Source: a virus (lineage: Duplodnaviria > Caudoviricetes). Taken from it: 26,211 nt of DNA. The DNA is taken from IMG/VR virus record IMGVR_UViG_3300020045_011624, positions 1-26,211 of that record. One strand, written 5' to 3'. Position numbers and translations under genes: made by a program. Under the pieces are notes generated by a model. It ran no database searches, was not told the DNA's origin, and saw only the letters and a program-made list of their open reading frames with translations. Below are positions 18,620 through 25,657 of this stretch, in pieces. Numbering within the stretch: position 1 is the stretch's first letter; the number at the start of each line of letters is the position of its first letter.

Positions 18620-18865
18620 TTGAAAAACATTGAAACAAGAAAGACCATCGCGTTGGGATCGTTTGGTGTTGTGGCCATCATCGCGCTGTTTTGTACGATT
18701 ACGGGCAAAGAAATCAATCAAAGCGTGCTGCTGATCGTCACAGCCTTGATCGGTGCGATAAATTGGTATTTTGCCAAGTCGACCGCACTGGACCAGCCGA
18801 AGCCTCCGGAACCCACGCCTGCCATCGTGGCAGAAGCGAAGGAGGACACTGATGTTAGTATCTAA
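18620..18865 (+). CDS. Holin
   Basis: Two hydrophobic helices, 'RK' N-terminus, 'WYF' then a charged tail; directly upstream of the endolysin. Confidence 0.8.
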   Translation: MKNIETRKTIALGSFGVVAIIALFCTITGKEINQSVLLIVTALIGAINWYFAKSTALDQPKPPEPTPAIVAEAKEDTDVSI

Positions 18866-19448
18866 ATTAAGTACGCGATACCCGTGGGCGAATCCGGCCC
18901 AGTGGTTAGTTTTTACAAATGTGCCGCAGTCCGAGATTGACCCGCTGTTTGCGTCAAGGTTGGCAGCACTGGCCAAGGAAATGGGGGAAATCATCCACGT
19001 CACCGGAAACGGAGGCAAGCGAAGCGATATCGACCAGATACGCGCATACGTCGCTTCTGGAGGGAACAAAGATGAACATGGTGTTTGGACCGGAGGGAAT
19101 GGATTGGCGGCCTTGCCGGGCACGTCAACGCACGAACTGGGGCTTGCGATTGATGCCGCCGACCATTGGCTTAAAGATATCGACAAGACACAGGCCACCG
19201 CAAAACAAAACATCCTTTTGACGTTTGGCCTTTTCAAACCCTTGACGGTTGGAAACAACAAAACTCCGACCGAAGACTGGCATATTCAGCCAATCGAAAC
19301 CGCCGGGCTCACCGTTGAGCAGCGAAAATTGTTCGCACCCAAAATCGCGCCCGGCACGATTATCGATTTTCAGAAAAAATATAAACTTACACCTGACGGA
19401 ATTTACGGCGCGATGACGCACGAAAAGCTGGTAGAGGTGTATAAGTAA
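18852..19448 (+). CDS. Endolysin: M15-family Zn peptidase with short C-terminal peptidoglycan-binding domain
   Basis: 'R...Q', 'PGTSTHELGLAID' (SxHxxGxAxD), 'EDWH'; 'FQKKYKLTPDGIYGAMT'; GGAGG RBS before ATG 18852. Confidence 0.9.
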   Translation: MLVSKLSTRYPWANPAQWLVFTNVPQSEIDPLFASRLAALAKEMGEIIHVTGNGGKRSDIDQIRAYVASGGNKDEHGVWTGGNGLAALPGTSTHELGLAIDAADHWLKDIDKTQATAKQNILLTFGLFKPLTVGNNKTPTEDWHIQPIETAGLTVEQRKLFAPKIAPGTIIDFQKKYKLTPDGIYGAMTHEKLVEVYK

Positions 19449-19450
19449 AT

Positions 19451-19493
19451 AAAAACCCACTCAGGCTTAATCGCTTGGGTGGGTCTTTTTTTT
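19451..19493. terminator. Bidirectional intrinsic terminator
   Basis: ACCCACTCAGGC-ttaatc-GCTTGGGTGGGT with an A run before and T8 after, between convergent genes. Confidence 0.85.
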
Positions 19494-19495
19494 AT

Positions 19496-19678
19496 CTATA
19501 TTTCGTTTTGCATTTCAATTTTACAGTTTAATCTGTAAATTTCGTCAATGTTTGACGGAATTTTAGGCAAATCGTAAAGCAATATTTCTAATTTGTAAAA
19601 ATCGCAATAAAATATTTTTATTGCATTTATTTTAGACATTTCTAATAATTCGTTCGCATGGTCGAGTATTTTCTTCAT
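19496..19678 (-). CDS. Hypothetical protein (60 aa), cassette 1 gene 2
   Basis: RBS GGAGAGGGTG; ends at the bidirectional terminator. Confidence 0.6.
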   Translation of the reverse strand: MKKILDHANELLEMSKINAIKIFYCDFYKLEILLYDLPKIPSNIDEIYRLNCKIEMQNEI

Positions 19679-19731
19679 TTTTTCACCCTCTCCATTTTTT
19701 TTATTTCGCGGGGGAATCCGCCCCGCTCGGT

Positions 19732-19764
19732 TTTAGTGTGATTTAGTGCGATTTAGTGTGATTT
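19732..19764. repeat. Three 10-bp tandem repeats TTTAGTG(T/C)GA
   Basis: tttagtgtga-tttagtgcga-tttagtgtga-ttt, overlapping the stop codon of 19753..20259. Confidence 0.9.
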
Positions 19765-20259
19765 GCAATCTCCGTAGCACCATGTTCTGCAGTGTGGGCA
19801 TAATCCGTTTTTGATTTGATTTGCATATTCGATTTGTCTTGCAACGTATACTTCTGTTTCGGCTGCTTCTTTTGCGACTTCGATTTCTTTAGTTGCTGTA
19901 TATTCTTCATCTTTTACTGCTACGAGTTCTGATTTGCATTCTGCGATCATGTTCATTATTTCTTCGTATCTTTCTTTGCTTAAATTTACATTGTTTAATG
20001 TTGCAACTACACCAGCTTTGGACAAGTCTTTGTAATTTTTATTATATGTTGATAACAAACTTGGTGCTGAGTGGTTAACGCTGATTACTTTCCCATCAAC
20101 TGTGACTGTGATTTCCATATCTTCAAATGTCTCTGTTCCTGTTTTGATGTTCCAACCGTCTGCATAAGCGATGATGTCTCTGGTTCCTCGTTCGAGGGAT
20201 ACTGTGATTGCGATTGCTTTTCCGTTTTGGTTTTTGTTGATTGTTCTTGCTGCTTTCAT
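19753..20259 (-). CDS. Hypothetical protein with C-terminal CPHCxxxCYGDC putative Zn site, cassette 1 gene 1
   Basis: AAGGAG RBS within the repeated leader; 168 aa. Confidence 0.8.
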   Translation of the reverse strand: MKAARTINKNQNGKAIAITVSLERGTRDIIAYADGWNIKTGTETFEDMEITVTVDGKVISVNHSAPSLLSTYNKNYKDLSKAGVVATLNNVNLSKERYEEIMNMIAECKSELVAVKDEEYTATKEIEVAKEAAETEVYVARQIEYANQIKNGLCPHCRTWCYGDCKSH

Positions 20260-20265
20260 TTTGTA

Positions 20266-20371
20266 CTCCTTGCGGCTGCGCTCTCTGGCCAGCCGACTCA
20301 GTTTATTTGAAGTATCGCTACCTCATATATATATAATACCATAACTACGTAGTTAATGCAATAGTTATTTT
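20266..20371 (-). repeat. Promoter/leader repeat copy 1
   Basis: Two 44-bp blocks (20266-20309, 20328-20371) identical to 21637-21680 and 21700-21743. Confidence 0.97.
20333..20361 (-). promoter_or_regulatory. SigA-type promoter with palindromic operator in the spacer
   Basis: TTGCAT-17 bp-(TG)gTATTAT; spacer contains perfect palindrome TAACTACGTAGTTA (20342-20355); AT-rich upstream. Confidence 0.85.
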
Positions 20372-20414
20372 AACATTTTTCATATTTATTTTCAAATTAT
20401 TTTACATAAAATAT

Positions 20415-20460
20415 AAAAAAAAACTCCCCAAATAACCAGCGAACGTGATTAAATGAGGAA
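20415..20460 (-). terminator. Possible intrinsic terminator ending cassette 2
   Basis: Imperfect GU-rich stem TTCCTCA...TGGGGAG followed by T9 on the minus strand, right after the stop at 20463. Confidence 0.5.
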
Positions 20461-20462
20461 TC

Positions 20463-20927
20463 TTATTTTTTTCTCGGACTTCTTTTTTTATCTCCTTTTT
20501 GCCAATACCGTCGGAGCAACGTCCGCCGGCACAAGTTGGAGCAAGTGATCCGACGTGTGTGCTGTGGGTCAAACTGATTACCACATATCACACAGTCGGA
20601 TAACCCGACCCGTCGCCGGATCATGCGCACCGGGTTAATGCGCTCCCGGTAAAGATAGTAGTGCCGGATTGATGTTACCCGATCATACTCCAACCGATGG
20701 ACTGGAGCACAATCAGGGCAAAACCGTTGGTTTCCACCAACGACCATATATTGATTACCACACATGGCGCAAATATCAATACTACCCAGCGGACGCTGTG
20801 GACCGTTCCGCTTATGTCGGCGGTTTGTTTCGCGTATACGCACCGCCCGGCATACCGGGCAATAATATGCCCGGGGTCCGCCCGGAAAAACAATGCCGCA
20901 CGTCCGGCACGTCCGTGGCTGCATCAT
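20463..20927 (-). CDS. Basic protein with three tandem C4-type Zn-ribbon repeats
   Basis: CRTCG..YCPVC, CAMCG..FCPDC, CVICG..TCSNLC; Arg-rich; ATGA coupling with the upstream gene. Confidence 0.75.
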   Translation of the reverse strand: MMQPRTCRTCGIVFPGGPRAYYCPVCRAVRIRETNRRHKRNGPQRPLGSIDICAMCGNQYMVVGGNQRFCPDCAPVHRLEYDRVTSIRHYYLYRERINPVRMIRRRVGLSDCVICGNQFDPQHTRRITCSNLCRRTLLRRYWQKGDKKRSPRKK

Positions 20928-21271
20928 CGGGGATACGCCTCCTCGATGGCAGCCATCTTAGTCAACGTATCCCAGGTGTCAATTTTTGCACACAGCACCT
21001 TTGCCCCGGCCAGTCCGGTGTCTCCAACCATGTCAGACAAACATCTTATCATGGTTGGAGTAACAACGCTCCCGGCCACGGTAGCCGACAGAATCATCAA
21101 CTCCTCATGCGTTAAAACTGGCATCGTTGCTACTGCCATAAGTGCAGTATACCTCTCTACTATATCACCAAGACGCGCGGAAAACCTTCCGGCGCGGCCG
21201 GTGTTTCCTCTCCCGCATTCATCCGCCAATCGCTCTAGCGGCGGGTTTAACCAAATAGTTTTGCTACTCAT
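20924..21271 (-). CDS. Putative ribbon-helix-helix-like regulator
   Basis: N-terminal KTIWL strand, helix, then FSARLGDIVERY helix; GGAGG 8 nt before ATG 21271 (track start 21286). Confidence 0.5.
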   Translation of the reverse strand: MSSKTIWLNPPLERLADECGRGNTGRAGRFSARLGDIVERYTALMAVATMPVLTHEELMILSATVAGSVVTPTMIRCLSDMVGDTGLAGAKVLCAKIDTWDTLTKMAAIEEAYPR

Positions 21272-21331
21272 GATCATTTCCTCCATAAAAAAATTGCCGG
21301 GAACGTTGCCCGGCTCGGTGCTGGGATGGGG

Positions 21332-21631
21332 TTAATCTTCAACAAATCTGTCAACATCGTCATAGTTGTATGAGTCAAGCTCTGGGTCATTTTCGCCTTT
21401 TGTCCCGGTAAAGACCCAGTAAATTGTCCCAGTTGTTAGATTCTCATTTTCTGGGTTTCCGTCATCATACTCAGCGGATGCAGACAATTCAAATTGATAC
21501 TCTTCGCCGTCGTCTACATCATTGTAATTGTTTGAGATATTGTTGATAAGTCTGTTTGTCATTTCCGCCTGAGATGTGAGCGTGTAGGTGATCCCGTTAA
21601 AGTTTACTGTACCGTAATCTTGATTTTTCAT
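21332..21631 (-). CDS. Small highly acidic protein (22 D/E vs 4 K/R), cassette 2 gene 1
   Basis: AAGGAG RBS within the repeated leader; residues counted from the translation. Confidence 0.8.
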   Translation of the reverse strand: MKNQDYGTVNFNGITYTLTSQAEMTNRLINNISNNYNDVDDGEEYQFELSASAEYDDGNPENENLTTGTIYWVFTGTKGENDPELDSYNYDDVDRFVED

Positions 21632-21636
21632 ATTTG

Positions 21637-21743
21637 CTCCTTGCGGCTGCGCTCTCTGGCCAGCCGACTCAGTTTATTTGGTAGCATCTCTGCTCCATGT
21701 ATATATAATACCATAACTACGTAGTTAATGCAATAGTTATTTT
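21637..21743 (-). repeat. Promoter/leader repeat copy 2
   Basis: Same two 44-bp blocks as copy 1, about 1371 bp away. Confidence 0.97.
21705..21733 (-). promoter_or_regulatory. SigA-type promoter with palindromic operator (copy 2)
   Basis: TTGCAT-17-TATTAT; TAACTACGTAGTTA at 21714-21727. Confidence 0.85.
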
Positions 21744-21866
21744 GCTGTTTTTTATATTTATTTTTAAATTTTTTTTGCACAACCCAATATGTTTGCGTTA
21801 TAGAACAATCACTTTATCTATGTACAAATTTATAAAAATACATCTTTCAAAAATAAAAGAGTAGGA

Positions 21867-21888
21867 TAAGTGGTAATTAAGTGGTAAT
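21867..21888 (+). repeat. Putative integrase arm-type sites, left arm: (TAAGTGGTAAT)x2
   Basis: Tandem 11-mers, repeated in direct orientation on the other side of the att core. Confidence 0.8.
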
Positions 21889-21946
21889 TAAAAAAATAAT
21901 GTTTCTGTGATGAGCTGATAGCAATCGTTTCCGAAATACTTTTTAT

Positions 21947-21995
21947 ATCCATGGTAAGGATGAGGTCACCAGTCCGATTCTGGTTGAGGGCTCCA
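21947..21995 (+). other. attP core: 3' half of tRNA-Thr(GGU)
   Basis: ATCC-ATGGTAA-GGATG anticodon arm, AGGTC variable loop, ACCAG-TCCGATT-CTGGT T arm, TGAGGGC-T-CCA; no D arm or 5' acceptor strand upstream; adjacent to the integrase gene. Confidence 0.9.
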
Positions 21996-21999
21996 AGAT

Positions 22000-22044
22000 A
22001 AAACCCATGCAATCCCTTTATTTAAAAGGTTTGCATGGGTTTTT
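22000..22044. terminator. Terminator hairpin downstream of tRNA fragment and integrase
   Basis: AAAACCCATGCAA...TTGCATGGGTTTT 13-bp inverted repeat. Confidence 0.85.
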
Positions 22045-22107
22045 GTTTTTCTAAAAATTTATACAATTCGTATATTTTCTGATGAAAACCGATAAAAAAT
22101 GATTTGG

Positions 22108-22128
22108 TAAGTGGTAATTAAGTGGTAA
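22108..22128 (+). repeat. Putative integrase arm-type sites, right arm
   Basis: TAAGTGGTAAT-TAAGTGGTAA, identical to 21867-21887, preceded by a partial TGGTAA. Confidence 0.8.
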
Positions 22129-22163
22129 ACTATCGTGTATACAAAAAACATTATTACATGATA

Positions 22164-23369
22164 TTAGTTAACTTTCTTTAATTTCTTCACATTGTCAGGT
22201 TTCTTTATCGTTTTCTTAGGCAAAAGTGCCGGTGTTGTAATATCGGTGTTTAAAAGATTTACGGAGGTTTCGATAACATCGTCGATAAAGTGCACATAGA
22301 TGTCATATGTCGTTGATACTTTGGCATGCCCAAGCAATTCTGATACTACTTTTACATCAACGTGCTCTTTAAAAAGCCTAGAAGCGAACGTGTGCCGCAT
22401 CGTGTGCAGATTCACCCATTCACAGCGAATAGCCTTTCCGGCTGCTTTGAACCGTTTGCGAAGATAACTGGGTGAGGGTCTCGTTCCTGTATCGGTTTGA
22501 AATAATGGGTCTTCTGGATCCTTCTTTTTCTGCTTCATCATATATTCGGCAAGAAGGATGACTGTATCATCCGGAACGTGGATCGTTCGTTTGCTTGATA
22601 CTGTTTTTGTGCTGAACTGGACCTTCTTAAGTTTTTCAAGGTATGTCTTATTTACCCGTACGGTCTTCTTTTTCAAGTCGATATCGCTCCGTGTGAGTGC
22701 CAAGGCTTCTCCAGGTCTGAGGCCGGTGTTCAGCATGAAAAACGCAAACATATAATACTTTGTTCGTCGGCCAAGCTGATCAAGAAACGAATTGCATTGT
22801 TCGATGGTCAGCGCTTTGATTACATCGCCTTCGGTAAAGTCATCAATCTTTTTAGGTATTTTCACATGGTTACAAGGGTTTTTGTTTATCATGTTTATTT
22901 CTTCCGCTTTTTTCAGGGCCCCATTAATCAAACTTGCGGTGATTTTTACAGTTTCAACGGCAAAATCCTCAGAAAGGGTATTGTAGAATTTTTGTAGCAC
23001 CTCAATATTTACATCCTTAAGCTTAGTTCCTGAAAAATCATATCGTTTTAATCGAATTAGTGATACTTCGTATTTGCTCTGCGTATTCGTCTTTACTGAT
23101 GTTTTCTTATATGTGTTATACCATTCTTTGCACCAGGAATATAGAGACTTTCCTGATGGATCCACGTACTCGCCCTTGCCTAAAGCAGCAAGGGCATTTC
23201 TCATTTTTTCAGAAACTCCACCATCTCCAGTCTTTTTCTTCCCATAAATACTTTTATAGATGGTTCTTCCATTTTCGTCAATTCCAATTGGATAACGTCC
23301 TTCATATAGTTTCTTTGATTCGCACCACCGTATCATCCCTTCATTTCTGGCTCTTCTGGCTTTTGCCAT
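22164..23369 (-). CDS. int: Tyrosine integrase
   Basis: N-terminal arm-binding 'RARNEGMIR'; TGLRPGE (R), TKT (K), HTMRHTFAS (HxxR), LGH...TYDIY (H, Y). Confidence 0.96.
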   Translation of the reverse strand: MAKARRARNEGMIRWCESKKLYEGRYPIGIDENGRTIYKSIYGKKKTGDGGVSEKMRNALAALGKGEYVDPSGKSLYSWCKEWYNTYKKTSVKTNTQSKYEVSLIRLKRYDFSGTKLKDVNIEVLQKFYNTLSEDFAVETVKITASLINGALKKAEEINMINKNPCNHVKIPKKIDDFTEGDVIKALTIEQCNSFLDQLGRRTKYYMFAFFMLNTGLRPGEALALTRSDIDLKKKTVRVNKTYLEKLKKVQFSTKTVSSKRTIHVPDDTVILLAEYMMKQKKKDPEDPLFQTDTGTRPSPSYLRKRFKAAGKAIRCEWVNLHTMRHTFASRLFKEHVDVKVVSELLGHAKVSTTYDIYVHFIDDVIETSVNLLNTDITTPALLPKKTIKKPDNVKKLKKVN

Positions 23370-23416
23370 GATATTTCACCTCACTTAGTTTACTTTAAAT
23401 CGACTAAGTTTGAATT

Positions 23417-24391
23417 TCAATTATTATTAACACCTTCAATATCCGGGTAAGAGTTTGATTTTTTACCTTTTCTTATCTTATCCTTTTCTGCGTCTTTATC
23501 TTCAATACGACATAAAATTGCAAGAAATATTTTAGCAGTCACTTCAGCATCTCCAAGCGCTCTGTGTTCTTCGTGAATTGGAATTTGAAGTGAATTTGCA
23601 ACGGTTGCTAATTTGTGATTTGCCAAAAAATCAAACATTTTTCGACTTAGTTTCAAAGTATCAATAGATCCGTTATTTATAGGTATTAGACAGCGATTTG
23701 ATTCAGATAATAAAAAACGCATATCGAAAGAGGCATTGTGAGCAATAAGTGGTAAATTTCCTATAAACTCTTTAAATTTAGGCAGAACTTGTTCAATTGT
23801 AGGAGCGTTTTGTACCATGGAATTTGTAATATGATTGACTTCTGTGGCTCTTTTAGGAATTGGTATACATGGATTTATCAATGTTTGGTATTTATCCGTT
23901 ATTATGCGGTTTTCTATTTTTACAGCTCCGATCTCTATAATGCGATCACTGTTTGCGGATAAACCAGTTGTTTCAAGATCAAATACAATGAATGAGGTAA
24001 ATTCCTTTCTTGCTTTCTTTGTAAGTATATTAATCTCATCATATTCAAAATTTATACTAGAGCTGTTATTAACATTAGGATATTCACGTCGCGTTGTCGT
24101 TTCGAAAATTATAGAAATGTTTTCGGTTTTATCTTTTTTAATTTCATTAACTGTCGGATTTGCTTGCCATGGGCTTTTATGCGGCTGATCATTATTTTTT
24201 CTTGTAATATATTCTATTTTAGCAATATTGTTTACGGAATTATTAGTGATTGGTTTTTTATTCTTCTGAATCACTTTGATTATAAGTTTAATAATGAATT
24301 TATAAAAATAATAGACAATAATAAATGGCGAAAACATCAACCAAACACAAATCATTCCAAGACTCAATGGCTTAGTTTTTTTATTTAACAT
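23417..24391 (-). CDS. Membrane-anchored DEDDh 3'-5' exonuclease (DnaQ/PolC-exo-like)
   Basis: FDLETTGL, AHNASFD, IDTL, HRALGDA; N-terminal hydrophobic helix followed by a Lys-rich stretch. Confidence 0.88.
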   Translation of the reverse strand: MLNKKTKPLSLGMICVWLMFSPFIIVYYFYKFIIKLIIKVIQKNKKPITNNSVNNIAKIEYITRKNNDQPHKSPWQANPTVNEIKKDKTENISIIFETTTRREYPNVNNSSSINFEYDEINILTKKARKEFTSFIVFDLETTGLSANSDRIIEIGAVKIENRIITDKYQTLINPCIPIPKRATEVNHITNSMVQNAPTIEQVLPKFKEFIGNLPLIAHNASFDMRFLLSESNRCLIPINNGSIDTLKLSRKMFDFLANHKLATVANSLQIPIHEEHRALGDAEVTAKIFLAILCRIEDKDAEKDKIRKGKKSNSYPDIEGVNNN

Positions 24392-24423
24392 ACACTAATC
24401 CTCATCTTTCGAATTTTTAGAAA

Positions 24424-24918
24424 TTATGTCGATAATTCAATGAGTAGTGGATTAAAATAGATTTTGTAATGGTTGTATTCTGCAAAAATTCCATATCTCG
24501 CTTCATAGGTGACAAGAGCTTTTCTAAAAAACAATTCATCAATATCCAAATATTCAGCAATTTCATGCGCATTTCTCGCACCGGACAAATAAGAATCCAC
24601 AATACTCGATAACGATACGGTATATCTGTGAGCCCAACGACTAGCAAGCTCTTCTTGCTTTCTGATTATGTCGGTTGCAACCGGAGGATCAGTAAGCAAG
24701 TTTCCGTGAGATGTGTAATGATGTCCAAGTTCTTCTGCAATTATGCATAATTGTTCTGAATTTTTACATAGGCTACAATTAACTGAAATAACGGGTTCTG
24801 TTTCATCTGCATTATAGTAAATACCTTGAATACTCTCTGGAAGCTGCGCTGTCTCTATGTGGATTCCTTCTGCAACGCATGCGTCCTGCAACTCCTCTAG
24901 CTTCGTCAATGATGTCAT
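24424..24918 (-). CDS. ImmA/IrrE-family metallopeptidase
   Basis: 'IAEELGHHYT' (HExxH variant), 'KQE..A.RWA', 'EIAEYLDI'; coupled to the repressor by ATGA overlap. Confidence 0.88.
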   Translation of the reverse strand: MTSLTKLEELQDACVAEGIHIETAQLPESIQGIYYNADETEPVISVNCSLCKNSEQLCIIAEELGHHYTSHGNLLTDPPVATDIIRKQEELASRWAHRYTVSLSSIVDSYLSGARNAHEIAEYLDIDELFFRKALVTYEARYGIFAEYNHYKIYFNPLLIELST

Positions 24919-25253
24919 CCTTTCTTTTTCTTGTATTTTACTTTTAGATACTCTATGTAATTTTTTAACTCCTCCTTTGCTTCTTCTGGTAGTTCCTTGT
25001 CATACCCATCTGTTCTATGTGCAGCGAGAGTTACAGAACTATCGTGTTGATTCTTATATCCGTTTGTTAAAAGAAAATCTGTTGTTACATCAAAATATGT
25101 AGCCAATTTTAATAGTTTTTCATAATCTGGTTCGCTGTCACCAGTTTCATACTTTCCATATGTACTACGGTCAACTTTTAAATATGTGGAAATATCACTT
25201 TGATTAACTTTTTTTGCTTTTCTGAGTTGTTTTAATTTTTCTCCTAATTCCAT
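24915..25253 (-). CDS. CI/ImmR-like XRE HTH repressor
   Basis: 'LKQLRK...QSDI...VDRSTYGKYETG..EP...LATYFDVTTDFLL', 'TLAAH'; start 25253 has an RBS, while the track extension to 25391 overlaps the operators. Confidence 0.92.
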   Translation of the reverse strand: MELGEKLKQLRKAKKVNQSDISTYLKVDRSTYGKYETGDSEPDYEKLLKLATYFDVTTDFLLTNGYKNQHDSSVTLAAHRTDGYDKELPEEAKEELKNYIEYLKVKYKKKKG

Positions 25254-25290
25254 AATCACCCCGCCTTTCTGTTTAGAGTTAACTAGTCTA

Positions 25291-25400
25291 ATTATATGTG
25301 AATAAAATTCACATATCAATAGATGTGAAAAATATTCGCATTTACTATTGACATGTGAAAAAACGTCACATATAATATGAAAAGAGAACAAACTTCACAT
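25291..25400. promoter_or_regulatory. Lysis-lysogeny switch: divergent promoters and four operators
   Basis: Rightward TTGACA(25348)-17-TATAAT(25371); leftward TTGATA(25319)-17-TATAAT(25296); ATGTGAA-N5-TTCACAT-like sites at 25296, 25323, 25353, 25382. Confidence 0.9.
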
Positions 25401-25416
25401 GCAAAGGAGGTGCAAA

Positions 25417-25620
25417 ATGAATTTAAAAATCGAAAGAGAACGTAATAACTATACACAGAAGCAACTTGCAGATTTGATTGAGAAGGATAGAACATTAATC
25501 TCTAAAATAGAAAGTGAAGTTACTTCTCCAAGTGTTGAAACTGCTAAAAAAATTGCTTCAATTTTAGGGTTTGATTGGGTTCTATTTTTTTCTGAGAAAT
25601 GCGAAAAAACGTCACCTTGA
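25417..25620 (+). CDS. Cro-like XRE HTH regulator
   Basis: AAGGAGG RBS; 'TQKQLA...DRTLISKIE....PSVETAKKIA'; divergent from the repressor. Confidence 0.9.
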   Translation: MNLKIERERNNYTQKQLADLIEKDRTLISKIESEVTSPSVETAKKIASILGFDWVLFFSEKCEKTSP

Positions 25621-25657
25621 TCACCTAGTGTTATTTAAAGAGAAAGGATTATTTTTT

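Noticed and set aside
20669-21335. Plus-strand ORFs of 148 and 212 aa
   Set aside because: Antisense shadows of GC-rich minus-strand genes that have an RBS, translational coupling and a promoter
20266-21743. CRISPR array or IS/transposon ends
   Set aside because: Only two direct copies 1.37 kb apart, containing a promoter and RBS; no cas or transposase gene
21920-21995. Complete tRNA-Thr gene
   Set aside because: No 5' acceptor strand complementary to TGAGGGC and no D arm upstream; only the 3' half is present, as expected for attP
21830-22012. 60-aa minus-strand ORF over attP
   Set aside because: Antisense reading of the tRNA fragment and arm sites; starts inside the terminator with no RBS
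25254-25391. N-terminal extension of the repressor in the ORF track
   Set aside because: It is a translation of the operator repeats (FSH/YSH), and the leftward promoter lies inside it
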